Positions 1 through 8,442 of a stretch of DNA of 56,431 bases are shown here, one piece after another. Origin of the DNA: an uncultured Candidatus Saccharibacteria bacterium. GTDB lineage: Bacteria > Patescibacteriota > Minisyncoccia > Minisyncoccales > CAYUYO01. Location: the NCBI GenBank assembly GCA_964449385.1, contig CAYUYO010000004.1:1-56431 (forward strand), given 5' to 3'. The notes under the pieces were generated by a model, which did not search any database, was not told where the DNA came from, and saw only the letters and a list, made by a program, of their open reading frames with translations. The position numbers and the translations under genes were made by a program. Position 1 is the stretch's first letter, and every line of letters begins with the position of its first letter.

Positions 1-84
1 AATAGAAAAAGAAATGCCTTTTAGCACTTTAGTTTCAACATTGCCTGATTTATAGGCTTTTGTAATATTTTTGATCTCTATCAT
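1..84 (-). CDS. ABC transporter ATP-binding protein, first 28 codons only (gene continues past the left window edge)
   Basis: Minus-strand ATG at 84..82 reads MIEIKNITKAYKSGNVETKVLKGISFSI, the usual N-terminus of MacB/LolD-type ATPases. It lies 6 nt downstream of the HlyD-like gene, in the same order as locus 54951->52604. Confidence 0.6.
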   Translation of the reverse strand, partial: MIEIKNITKAYKSGNVETKVLKGISFSI

Positions 85-90
85 AAAATT

Positions 91-1926
91 TTATCGAATC
101 CTCATCTGAACCTGGTCTCCACCTCCACTGCTCATTCCCGGTATTTGAAGCCCCTGAGTTTGAGTGGTTCTGGTTTGAGTAGTTTGAGCCGCACTTGGAT
201 TAATCGTTGAAGAAACAACAACATCGCCTTCTTGAAGACCGGCCACGATTTCAGTAGAAAAGTCGCTTACCAGTCCTATTTCTATAAGTTGTAACTTTGG
301 GAGTGTTGGCATAATCGCTCCCGAAACGCTGGCTAATAATTGCTGTTTCATTTCTTCTGATACCTCTGCCAATTCAACATAGTAAGATTCTCCCTGTGCC
401 TTGATTGCGCTGTTCGGTAAAACTAAAACATCCTGTTTGGCTTCGGTAATAATATCTGCAGTAATACTCATGCCTGGTTTTACTTGTTCTACGTCAGTAT
501 CCAAGGCAATCTTAACTCCGTAACTTACCACCCCCTGAGAAACTTGTCCTACTATATCAACCTCTATAACTTTTCCAGAAATACTTACCTCCGGAAGAGC
601 ATCAAAAATAAGAGTTGCCTTTTGGCCAGCTTTTATATTGGCTGCATCAATTTCATTAAAGGTGATTTCAGCTATTTTTTGGTGAGTAATAATATTAGCC
701 AACACTGTGCCGACTGAAACCGAATCATCTTTCTTTATTTTTGTTTCAGTAATAATACCGTTAAAAGGAGCGTAAATATAGCAATCGGCAAGATCTTGTT
801 TTACTGCAAGTAGAGTATCTTCTTTTTGTTGGACAGCAATTTCTTTAGTTCGAATTTCCAATTCATCGGGGCCTGCTTTTAATTCGGCAAGCGATAATTC
901 TTTTTCTTCAATTGTTTGCTCGGCATTAACAAGAGCTTCTCTGTTGTCTCGAAACGATTTTTGAATTGATAAAAGGCTTTGGAGATAACTATTTATTTTT
1001 GAATTATAAGTTTTTAAATCTGATTGATAATCTATTATTTTGCTACAAGTCGTCCAATCATTTTTAAAAATATAATCAACAATGGAATAAAGAAGGTTGG
1101 TTTCACTTTTTATTGCCTGGGTAATTGATTTGGTTGTTTCTATGGTTTCATTAAGTAAATCTTCAATTGCCTCTCTTTCCGGATAACGACCCATATTCTT
1201 ATAGCTTTCAAAGTTCTGATTATAGCTTTCTCTAACTGTTTTATAATCATTTATAGCACCATTAAGAAGTCTTTCTAATTCGTATCGATTTTCACCACCA
1301 AAAAAATTTATATAGACAGAATCATTACTTTTATATCCGCCACTTCCCCAGCCACTTTCGATTATTCCATAGCTATACAAAACATCTTTCATTCCTGTAA
1401 TAATTGTCAGGAAATCTGAAAAGGTGTTAGAAATGGTATTAAAAGCATCTTCGTAAGTTTCTACAACATTGTCTTCTACTTTTTGTTTTGATTGCTCTGC
1501 TTGGGCTAAAGCGTTTTCGGCCGTAAGCAGAGCGAGTTCGTCAGGTGTTAATAATTTTTCTAATTCAAGTTTTGCTGTTTCAAGAGAGATTTCAGCATCC
1601 TCAACTGCTTTTTGATAATCTGTGTCATCTAATTTCGCAATTAACTCTCCCTCTTTAACCTCCTCTCCCCCCTCAATATAAACATCAACGACCTCGCTTT
1701 TTACTTTCGATTTAATGTCTACTTGATTTGAAGCTGAAACCTGACCGGAACCGGAAACTGAAATAATAAGCGTACCCTTTTCAACTGCCGCAACTGTATA
1801 ATGAACAACTTCGTCACCACTGCTAATAGCCTGATAGCCAAAATAACCTCCGATGACTATTACCAAAAGGGTTACTACTGTGGTAAATTTATTTCTAAAT
1901 AATTGTTTTAATATTTTGGAAAACAT
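91..1926 (-). CDS. HlyD-family periplasmic adaptor (MacA-like), long form
   Basis: 611-aa ORF with an N-terminal TM helix (VVTLLVIVIGGYFGY) and a lipoyl-like VKEGELIAKLD. It has a long helical insert and C-terminal barrel motifs (GQKATLIFDALPE, GMSITADII). Paralog of 53317..54951. Confidence 0.8.
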   Translation of the reverse strand: MFSKILKQLFRNKFTTVVTLLVIVIGGYFGYQAISSGDEVVHYTVAAVEKGTLIISVSGSGQVSASNQVDIKSKVKSEVVDVYIEGGEEVKEGELIAKLDDTDYQKAVEDAEISLETAKLELEKLLTPDELALLTAENALAQAEQSKQKVEDNVVETYEDAFNTISNTFSDFLTIITGMKDVLYSYGIIESGWGSGGYKSNDSVYINFFGGENRYELERLLNGAINDYKTVRESYNQNFESYKNMGRYPEREAIEDLLNETIETTKSITQAIKSETNLLYSIVDYIFKNDWTTCSKIIDYQSDLKTYNSKINSYLQSLLSIQKSFRDNREALVNAEQTIEEKELSLAELKAGPDELEIRTKEIAVQQKEDTLLAVKQDLADCYIYAPFNGIITETKIKKDDSVSVGTVLANIITHQKIAEITFNEIDAANIKAGQKATLIFDALPEVSISGKVIEVDIVGQVSQGVVSYGVKIALDTDVEQVKPGMSITADIITEAKQDVLVLPNSAIKAQGESYYVELAEVSEEMKQQLLASVSGAIMPTLPKLQLIEIGLVSDFSTEIVAGLQEGDVVVSSTINPSAAQTTQTRTTQTQGLQIPGMSSGGGDQVQMRIR

Positions 1927-1932
1927 ATTTTT

Positions 1933-2433
1933 CTAAAAGAAGAGAAATCGAGAGGGCTTAAGGGGCATAGGCGCACCTCTTAATTCGCCATCGAAAACTC
2001 TTATAAGTTTTGCCTCAATTTGACCTTCTTCGTTGGGAGAGCCGATAATAACAATCTGGTCGCCGACTTTTAATTCCTCTTTTTTGATTGTTCCCCTTTC
2101 TTTTTGAATGGCGGTATCTGCGGTAATAATAATTACTTTTTCTACATCGCCCCGCCCTTTAACCACCAGGTCAGTATCGCTAATTTGAATAATTTCACCG
2201 AAGGCACCGTGGCCCTCAATAAAATCTCCTTGGGGAAAACTTCGCCAGTCACTGAAAAAGCCAGCTTGGGGCCCGGCAAAATTTTTGTGATATTGTTCAG
2301 CCCAACGATAGGAAAATTTAGCTTTCATCCCGCCAACAACCATACCTGCGTCAAATATCAAACCAACCACTGCAAAACCAGCCAGTCCAATAATAATCCA
2401 TTTAAGAATATCTTTTTGTTTATTTTCGCTCAT
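1933..2433 (-). CDS. membrane-anchored hypothetical protein (third gene of the sigma/anti-sigma operon)
   Basis: 166-aa ORF with one N-terminal TM helix (WIIIGLAGFAVVGLIF), tightly packed with same-strand neighbours. Confidence 0.5.
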   Translation of the reverse strand: MSENKQKDILKWIIIGLAGFAVVGLIFDAGMVVGGMKAKFSYRWAEQYHKNFAGPQAGFFSDWRSFPQGDFIEGHGAFGEIIQISDTDLVVKGRGDVEKVIIITADTAIQKERGTIKKEELKVGDQIVIIGSPNEEGQIEAKLIRVFDGELRGAPMPLKPSRFLFF

Positions 2434-2444
2434 AATTTTATTAA

Positions 2445-2858
2445 TTAATGATTAATTAATAAACCTAATAATAGTCTTTTTCTGTAGAGAAATAGTCGAA
2501 AAGTAAAAACAGATAAGCTAAGACTTATTGTAAAAGCTATCATTCCCGTGAGAGGCAAGGATTCAAGAATGGCTAAACTGAAATCTTGCCAAAGAATAAG
2601 GAAGGTACCGAAATCGCTGAGCGCAGTGGAAACGAAATAAGAAATTCCGGAGCTCTCTATTTGGCTCATAAGTATTGTCAAAGAAAGAGGAACGGTCATA
2701 AAAGAAACAATTAAAATGCTTGCAAAACCAAATACTAATCTCCTTGTGTGTTGTGATTCTTGCTCCCGTTTAATTACCAAGATTATCCGATCAAAAAGAC
2801 CCGCGGGAGGCTCTGCGGGTTTAAGATGCGAGAAAAGTTTTTCGAAATCCTGTCTCAT
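2445..2858 (-). CDS. putative anti-sigma factor / membrane protein
   Basis: 137-aa ORF immediately downstream of the ECF sigma gene. It has a short cytoplasmic N-terminus followed by TM helices (LVFGFASILIVSFMTVPLSLTIL). Confidence 0.45.
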   Translation of the reverse strand: MRQDFEKLFSHLKPAEPPAGLFDRIILVIKREQESQHTRRLVFGFASILIVSFMTVPLSLTILMSQIESSGISYFVSTALSDFGTFLILWQDFSLAILESLPLTGMIAFTISLSLSVFTFRLFLYRKRLLLGLLINH

Positions 2859-2899
2859 AACTCCCTATATACTAATACGACTGAGGGAGCTGTTTTGGT

Positions 2900-3463
2900 T
2901 CACTTCTCCTTTAGGATTTTTCTTAATATTGCAATTCCTCTTCTGTGGCGGGTTTTTATAGTATCAATTGATTCTCCTAAACTCTCGGCTATTTCACGAA
3001 AGGTAAAGTGATCATTATAGCGAAGAAATAAAACCATGCGATATTTAGGAGAAAGTACTTCCAGTGCCTTATTTAAAAAATTAACCACATCTATTCTTTC
3101 TAACATCTGGTTTAGTAAAAGATCTGTGTCGGGTATGTTCTCAACAAAAAATCTATCTTTATTCCTGTATTCTAACTCTGAAAATGGAATAGCTCGCTTT
3201 TTCTTCTGCCAATCAAGACAAGCATTTTTAGCAATAGCAAAAATCCAGGTCTTAAATTTTTTGTTCTTATCAAATTTCTTAAGATTACGCCAGATTTTAA
3301 TAAAAACATCTTGAGTAATATCTTCTACTTCCTGGCCATTCCCAATAAATCTGAAAGTAAAGCTGTAAATAGGCTTTAGATATCGCTTAATTAAAATCTC
3401 CAACGATTCTTCATCGCCTTTTAGATAATTAGTGACTAATTGCTCGTCGGTATAAGTTTTCAT
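2900..3463 (-). CDS. RNA polymerase sigma-70 family ECF sigma factor
   Basis: Region 2 (DITQDVFIKIWRNLKKF) and a region 4 HTH (FREIAESLGESIDTIKTRHRRG). Confidence 0.85.
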   Translation of the reverse strand: MKTYTDEQLVTNYLKGDEESLEILIKRYLKPIYSFTFRFIGNGQEVEDITQDVFIKIWRNLKKFDKNKKFKTWIFAIAKNACLDWQKKKRAIPFSELEYRNKDRFFVENIPDTDLLLNQMLERIDVVNFLNKALEVLSPKYRMVLFLRYNDHFTFREIAESLGESIDTIKTRHRRGIAILRKILKEK

Positions 3464-3599
3464 TCTGAATTTGGTATATCACAAATTAATGCCTGAGACA
3501 ACAACACTCGGAGCCTACCAAAAAAATCGCTTTTTGGCGATTAATTGGTGCAACTCCGTTCCGAACTAGGAGTGTCTCACTGATATGTCTCGGTTGGGG

Positions 3600-4385
3600 C
3601 TATTTTAGATAATCTGATATTATGGAATTTTCCTCCAACGTATTTTTGAAAATCGTGATCGTCACTGGTCCAATATAACCCGGTACTACTTGATATTGCT
3701 GGAAATAGATTGTCAGAGAATTGTAATTGAAATTAAAATTACGGTAATTGTCCAATGTAGGTTGGGTCCCCTGCTGAATCATTTGGGTCAAAACGTCATC
3801 TATCTGTACGCCGCTGGATTGAAGTTGCGAAGTCACCTGCTGAACTGCAATTTGCGACAATTTTTGCAGAGCTTGCGGCGAACTACCCAAAAAATCATCA
3901 ATGGTTATTTCTTTCTTTTGTATAATATCGTAATTAAGAGCGTAAACCTTATTGAATCCGTGCGCTCCACCACTGAAATAATATATATTTATGACAAAAC
4001 TCAAGTATTTGTTGTTAAGCTGGATCGGTTTCCAATCAGCTATGAAGTCAAATGGTTCTTCTGGATTCTCAGACACGGTCTGATCAGGAAGAATTGTAGC
4101 TATTCTCGCATCCCAGTTGTCTTTCACATTTTTCTTGAATGTATCAATCTCTCCCGTAATAAATATTGAGACCTGGTCGTTAAAAGCTACGACAATATCT
4201 CCAAATTGCGGATATTCAACCTGGATATTATAAAAATTATCAGTCTGTGATATTGAACTTATCGACATTTCTAAACCTTTTTCGGCAGAAATTTCTGTGG
4301 AAACTTTTTCGTTTTTTATAAACCAAACTGCCACTGCGGCTAAAATTATCATTATTATTACTATAAATAAATAAGTTTTTTTCAT
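3600..4385 (-). CDS. DUF3298/DUF4163 (RsiV/PdaC-like) exported protein
   Basis: N-terminal signal anchor (YLFIVIIMIILAAVAVWF), a YYFSGGAHG motif and a C-terminal IYFQQYQVVPGYIGP pattern typical of this family. Confidence 0.6.
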   Translation of the reverse strand: MKKTYLFIVIIMIILAAVAVWFIKNEKVSTEISAEKGLEMSISSISQTDNFYNIQVEYPQFGDIVVAFNDQVSIFITGEIDTFKKNVKDNWDARIATILPDQTVSENPEEPFDFIADWKPIQLNNKYLSFVINIYYFSGGAHGFNKVYALNYDIIQKKEITIDDFLGSSPQALQKLSQIAVQQVTSQLQSSGVQIDDVLTQMIQQGTQPTLDNYRNFNFNYNSLTIYFQQYQVVPGYIGPVTITIFKNTLEENSIISDYLK

Positions 4386-4497
4386 AATTTTAGAGATTGA
4401 ATTTATTTTTATATCTTTATCATATTAATTATATCAAAAAAACCGTCTAAAAGAATAAGTGGAAGTTAGCTGTGTGCCCCGGTCTGGAACCAAGGGT

Positions 4498-5223
4498 TTA
4501 AAGGGAAATTAGACGGTTTTTGAGAATGTCTCGTAACGCGTCTCGGTCTGGTCTATTTTTAGATTTTAATACAGAATCCCATTGCGAAGGAATTCTTACG
4601 GATATTTCTTTTTTTTCTTTTGATGTTGCCGTTTGGAATAAAATTGAAGTAGCAGATAGGGCAATACTTTTATTTGGAAGAGCAAAGGGTGCGCCGTATT
4701 TTATGTCGCCTAAAATTGAATGGTCAATTAATGATAGTTGGGCGCGAATTTGGTGGAATCTGCCAGTTTTGATTTTAATTTCCAAAAGAGAGAATTTATT
4801 ATTTGAAGCAAGCACTTTATAGAAAAGCTCTGCTTTTTTACTATCCCCTTTTTTACCTATTGTCGCTCTTTTTTTATTTCTATCTTTTTGAATATAATTT
4901 ATCAATATTTCCTTATTTTTCTTTATTTTTCCCATAACTATAGCGTTATATGTCTTTTCAATCTGATGATTGCGGAATTGCTCAGAAAGGCGCGAAGCAC
5001 CTTTGCTTGTTTTGGCAAATAAAACAATTCCCGAAACCGGCCTGTCAAGACGATGCAATAATCCTAAAAAAACATTACCGGATTTTTGATATTTCTCTTT
5101 TAAATAAGCCTTCACCTCGTCTATTAAACTAATATCGCCCGTTTTGTCTCTTTGGGTTAAAACGCCAGCCGGTTTATAAACCGCTATCAAATGATTATCT
5201 TCGTACAAAATATTAAGCTTCAT
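4498..5223 (-). CDS. RluA-family pseudouridine synthase
   Basis: HRLDRPVSGIVLFAKT (catalytic Asp motif) and GRFHQIRAQL. Confidence 0.85.
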   Translation of the reverse strand: MKLNILYEDNHLIAVYKPAGVLTQRDKTGDISLIDEVKAYLKEKYQKSGNVFLGLLHRLDRPVSGIVLFAKTSKGASRLSEQFRNHQIEKTYNAIVMGKIKKNKEILINYIQKDRNKKRATIGKKGDSKKAELFYKVLASNNKFSLLEIKIKTGRFHQIRAQLSLIDHSILGDIKYGAPFALPNKSIALSATSILFQTATSKEKKEISVRIPSQWDSVLKSKNRPDRDALRDILKNRLISL

Positions 5224-5429
5224 AATATTATGATAACAAAAATCCGAGAAAAACTCTCGGACGAAGGCGACTCAGTTTCTCGATACCGAGTACAAGACTG
5301 CTGCGAGAACTGGAAAACGTTAGAACTTGTTTAATAGCGGATTCACTGGCATTTTCCAGATAATTACACTGATTTCAGTATATCAAAAAGTCTCTTTCTT
5401 GGCGATTGTTTAAGTTTGCATTAAGCTCT

Positions 5430-6401
5430 TTATTTCCAAATCTGGTTAAGATATCTAAGACCAGCTCTTCCCATTCCTAAAAAGTATTCATTTTCAGAAG
5501 ACGAATTATTATTCGCTACTTTCTCATAATTTGCTAAGAGGACGTGCATGGTATGGGCTAACTTCACATACTTGGGAAGCTTCCTAAGTTCGTCAGTTGT
5601 AAGAGAAATATAATTTTGATATTCATTTAAAGCTAAATCGTAAATTTTGGGAAACTCATTAGGATTTTTAGCGTCAAAAAATAAATCGCAGAGAATAACT
5701 GCTAATTCTTGAATTCGAGGGTAATAGTTAGCAACGGCAAAGTCCAAAATATAAATATCGCCATTCGCACTCTTCATGGTATTGGTTTTAGTAATATCTC
5801 CGTGGACAAAACAATGAGGTAAGCCATCAATAGATAAAGAATTATACACCTCGACCATCGGCTCAATAAGCTTTTTATCTTCTCCATTGAGATATTGGCT
5901 TTTCTTCTCATATTCTTTCAAGAAATTCGTTATCGCCCATTGGTCGTATACCATTGAGGGTTTAATACTAATTTTATTGATTAAGGCGGCTTGTTTTATA
6001 ATAAAGCGCTTTTCTTCGATATTTGGAGTAGTTTGAAGTTCATAAAAAATCTTTCCATCAATATATTGCATTACACAGAGCCTGTCTGTTTGGTTATTAT
6101 TTAATAATTCATATAAATATCCTCGGTTTGATTTAAAAAGTGAGGGGTGTGCTACGCCCGCCTTTAAAGCGCTTTCCATTATCCCAACATATCTATTGCA
6201 TTCATCTTTGCTACGAAAAGAACCGAATATTTTAACAAAATACTTGTCTTTGTTTGTTACAACAAATAAATTAAAATCTTCATAGCCAATCGTAACTATT
6301 TCGTGAGTATTATATTCTCCGATGTTAAAATCTCTACAAAGTCGTTGTAAAAATGACTCAAGATCGCCTTGATAATTTATCCTTTTTTGGAAATTATTCA
6401 T
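5430..6401 (-). CDS. aminoglycoside/choline-kinase-like phosphotransferase (APH family)
   Basis: Catalytic loop FVHGDITKTN and Mg-binding ILDFAVANYYPRIQELA. Confidence 0.7.
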   Translation of the reverse strand: MNNFQKRINYQGDLESFLQRLCRDFNIGEYNTHEIVTIGYEDFNLFVVTNKDKYFVKIFGSFRSKDECNRYVGIMESALKAGVAHPSLFKSNRGYLYELLNNNQTDRLCVMQYIDGKIFYELQTTPNIEEKRFIIKQAALINKISIKPSMVYDQWAITNFLKEYEKKSQYLNGEDKKLIEPMVEVYNSLSIDGLPHCFVHGDITKTNTMKSANGDIYILDFAVANYYPRIQELAVILCDLFFDAKNPNEFPKIYDLALNEYQNYISLTTDELRKLPKYVKLAHTMHVLLANYEKVANNNSSSENEYFLGMGRAGLRYLNQIWK

Positions 6402-6406
6402 TTCGG

Positions 6407-6589
6407 TTATTTCTTTTTATCCTTCTTAGAAGTTTTATTTATTTCAGACTCAACGATGGGCATATAAACAGCCCTGTAAAGATTAAGTAATCTCGTGGCT
6501 TTATCAAGCGCCACCCGATCAGAAAGATCTTCGCCGAATTCTTTCTTATAAAGTTCCTTAAATTTTTCTAACGATTCTTTAGATATCAT
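6407..6589 (-). CDS. small hypothetical protein (LSD..A...L..LYRAVY family; paralog of 15970..16179)
   Basis: 60-aa ORF whose start overlaps the mltG stop (ATGA). About 45 percent identical by eye over 40 aa to the island ORF at 15970..16179. Confidence 0.55.
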   Translation of the reverse strand: MISKESLEKFKELYKKEFGEDLSDRVALDKATRLLNLYRAVYMPIVESEINKTSKKDKKK

Positions 6590-7554
6590 TTTGATTTCAA
6601 ATATTGCTCAATGTTTTCTAAGTGCTCTTCGTAAGTTTTGGCCAGATGAATTTGTCCTTCGCTGTCGTGTAAGTAATAGAGATATTCGCTATCTTCCGAA
6701 TTAATCACAGCATTAATCGCCGCCAGACCAGGGTTGCAAATCGGAGATGGCGGCCGTCCCTTGTGAAGATAAGTGTTATAAGGTGAATCAAATTTATAAT
6801 CTTCTGGTTTTATAATCGGCCACCAGTTTCCTGGTTCTCCTAAGGCATACTGAATAGTAGCATCTATTTCAAACTTCATATCTTTTAACCACCTGTTCCA
6901 AATCACTCCAGCAATTAAAGGCATTTCGCCTTCATTGGCCGCTTCTCTTTGAACTAAAGATGCAAGGACGATTAAGGTGTCGTTCCTGATATTCTTCTCT
7001 TCGGCTTCTTTGAGTAGATCAACCGCTTTCTCATCAAACTGGCTTTTCATTCTTTTTGCAACGTCCGTGCCTGTATAATCTAAATTAAGAAGATAAGTGT
7101 CGGGAAACAAATAACCCTCGTGAGCCTCAACAAGAAATTCTCCTTTTGCCAGGTTGCTCCAGCTTAATTCTTTTTGTAATTTCTCCGCGATTTCCGTAGC
7201 TCTTAATCCTTCAGGTATCACTACCCATTTCTGATACGGTTGATTAACCAAAACATCGGCCAGCTGCCAAGCATTCATTCCTTTGGAAACCTTGTATCCG
7301 CCCGGCTCTATTTTCCCCTGCCAGCCTTTATTTTTTAAAACATAGTTAAACGCCCACTCGCTTCGGATATATCCTTGTTCTTTTAATTTGGGAATCAATT
7401 CTTCTTCGGTTGTAGTAAGGTTGATTGTGATTTTCTCTGTTTCTGCTCCTTTTTGCGGTGCTGAAAATTGATAAAGAAATAAAAAAACGGCGATTCCTAT
7501 TAGCAAAAAGATTATTGCTCCGCCTACTATTGCAATTTTTTTATTTACGGCCAT
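6586..7554 (-). CDS. mltG: endolytic murein transglycosylase MltG (YceG-like)
   Basis: N-terminal TM helix plus GYLFPDTYLL and NTYLHKGRPPSPICNPG motifs. Confidence 0.85.
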   Translation of the reverse strand: MAVNKKIAIVGGAIIFLLIGIAVFLFLYQFSAPQKGAETEKITINLTTTEEELIPKLKEQGYIRSEWAFNYVLKNKGWQGKIEPGGYKVSKGMNAWQLADVLVNQPYQKWVVIPEGLRATEIAEKLQKELSWSNLAKGEFLVEAHEGYLFPDTYLLNLDYTGTDVAKRMKSQFDEKAVDLLKEAEEKNIRNDTLIVLASLVQREAANEGEMPLIAGVIWNRWLKDMKFEIDATIQYALGEPGNWWPIIKPEDYKFDSPYNTYLHKGRPPSPICNPGLAAINAVINSEDSEYLYYLHDSEGQIHLAKTYEEHLENIEQYLKSK

Positions 7555-7574
7555 AATTTATGTTTTTCGGAAAT

Positions 7575-8363
7575 TCACTCGGTGCCCATTAAAATTTCCC
7601 CGCATTTGGATTCGGCAGCTATTGCCAAATCAATTATATCGTCAAGTTCCGGTTCAACACTGGTCAACTCTTCTCCGTTTTTCAGTTTCGCCCCTACCGT
7701 TCTAGCGTGTGTCTGCCAAACGCTTTCCACCTCGCAATTGGCAATCGCTTGTTTAATTGTCAGCCATTCTGGAGTATCTCCCGGGCAAGGAGTAAATTCG
7801 CAATTAGGACCAGTACGGCTAACGTAGGAGCCGTCCGGACAAAGCTTGGCTTCTTGGGTACAGGCTACCTGCCCTAATTCTGATGAAGGGTTGAGTTGCC
7901 AGATAGAATAATTGAGATAACCGGCGAAGCTGACCCAAAGAATATATGGTAAAAGAAGAAGTGCCGCCGGCCGTGAGATTTTATAAAAAACAATAATCGT
8001 CCCAATAATCGCCAGCCAGAGAAAAATAATCTCAATAAATGCCGCTCCGGGGTTACGCAGGCCGAAAAATATAATTGACCAGAGTGTATTCAAGACAAGC
8101 TGACCGATAAATATACAAAGCGCTGTTTTTACTTCTTTTCGTTCAAATCCATGACGCCACACCAAGAACGCCGCCACTCCCATAAGAAAATACAGCGTCG
8201 TCCACGCGGGACCAAAAATCCAATTTGGCGGACTAAAACTCGGCTTTTGAAGCAAGGCATACCAAGTTGGGATTGACGAGACGGTAAACACCGAGCCAAT
8301 CAATCCAGCAAGTTCCGAAACAACAATGGTAATAACTAACTTAAAAAAATTATTAAGCTTCAT
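7575..8363 (-). CDS. tspO: TspO/MBR tryptophan-rich sensory protein fused to a C-terminal Cys-rich soluble domain
   Basis: PSFSPPNWIFGPAWTTLYFLMGVAAFLVW and five TM helices in the first 160 aa or so, followed by a roughly 95-aa extension with 6 Cys. Confidence 0.75.
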   Translation of the reverse strand: MKLNNFFKLVITIVVSELAGLIGSVFTVSSIPTWYALLQKPSFSPPNWIFGPAWTTLYFLMGVAAFLVWRHGFERKEVKTALCIFIGQLVLNTLWSIIFFGLRNPGAAFIEIIFLWLAIIGTIIVFYKISRPAALLLLPYILWVSFAGYLNYSIWQLNPSSELGQVACTQEAKLCPDGSYVSRTGPNCEFTPCPGDTPEWLTIKQAIANCEVESVWQTHARTVGAKLKNGEELTSVEPELDDIIDLAIAAESKCGEILMGTE

Positions 8364-8442
8364 AAGTTTATTTTATCACAATCCACTTAATCTTGCCTCT
8401 CTTCATCCACTAATTGCCCCGTGGCGAAAGATATCGAAGGAA

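Noticed and set aside
3464-3599. A GC-richer gap upstream of the ECF sigma gene as a possible sRNA or an autoregulated GGAAC…CG ECF promoter
   Set aside because: I could support only a weak terminator (AATCGC/GCGATT plus a T-run) for the upstream gene and a loose GGAAC word. That is not enough to call either feature.
5224-5429. A 206-bp gap between the APH-like and RluA-family genes as an sRNA or 31-codon ORF (MITKIREKLSDEGDSVSRYRVQDCCENWKTL)
   Set aside because: The ORF has no SD, no promoter spacing and no recognisable peptide. The only firm element is a CCGAGA/TCTCGG hairpin plus a U-run acting as a terminator on the minus strand.
8415-8424. TTGCCCCG, matching the 3' acceptor/T-stem end of tRNA-Gln, as a possible distal att repeat of the island
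   Set aside because: The match is only 8 nt and in inverted orientation relative to the tRNA, so it does not fit a direct-repeat integration scar. It is treated as chance.
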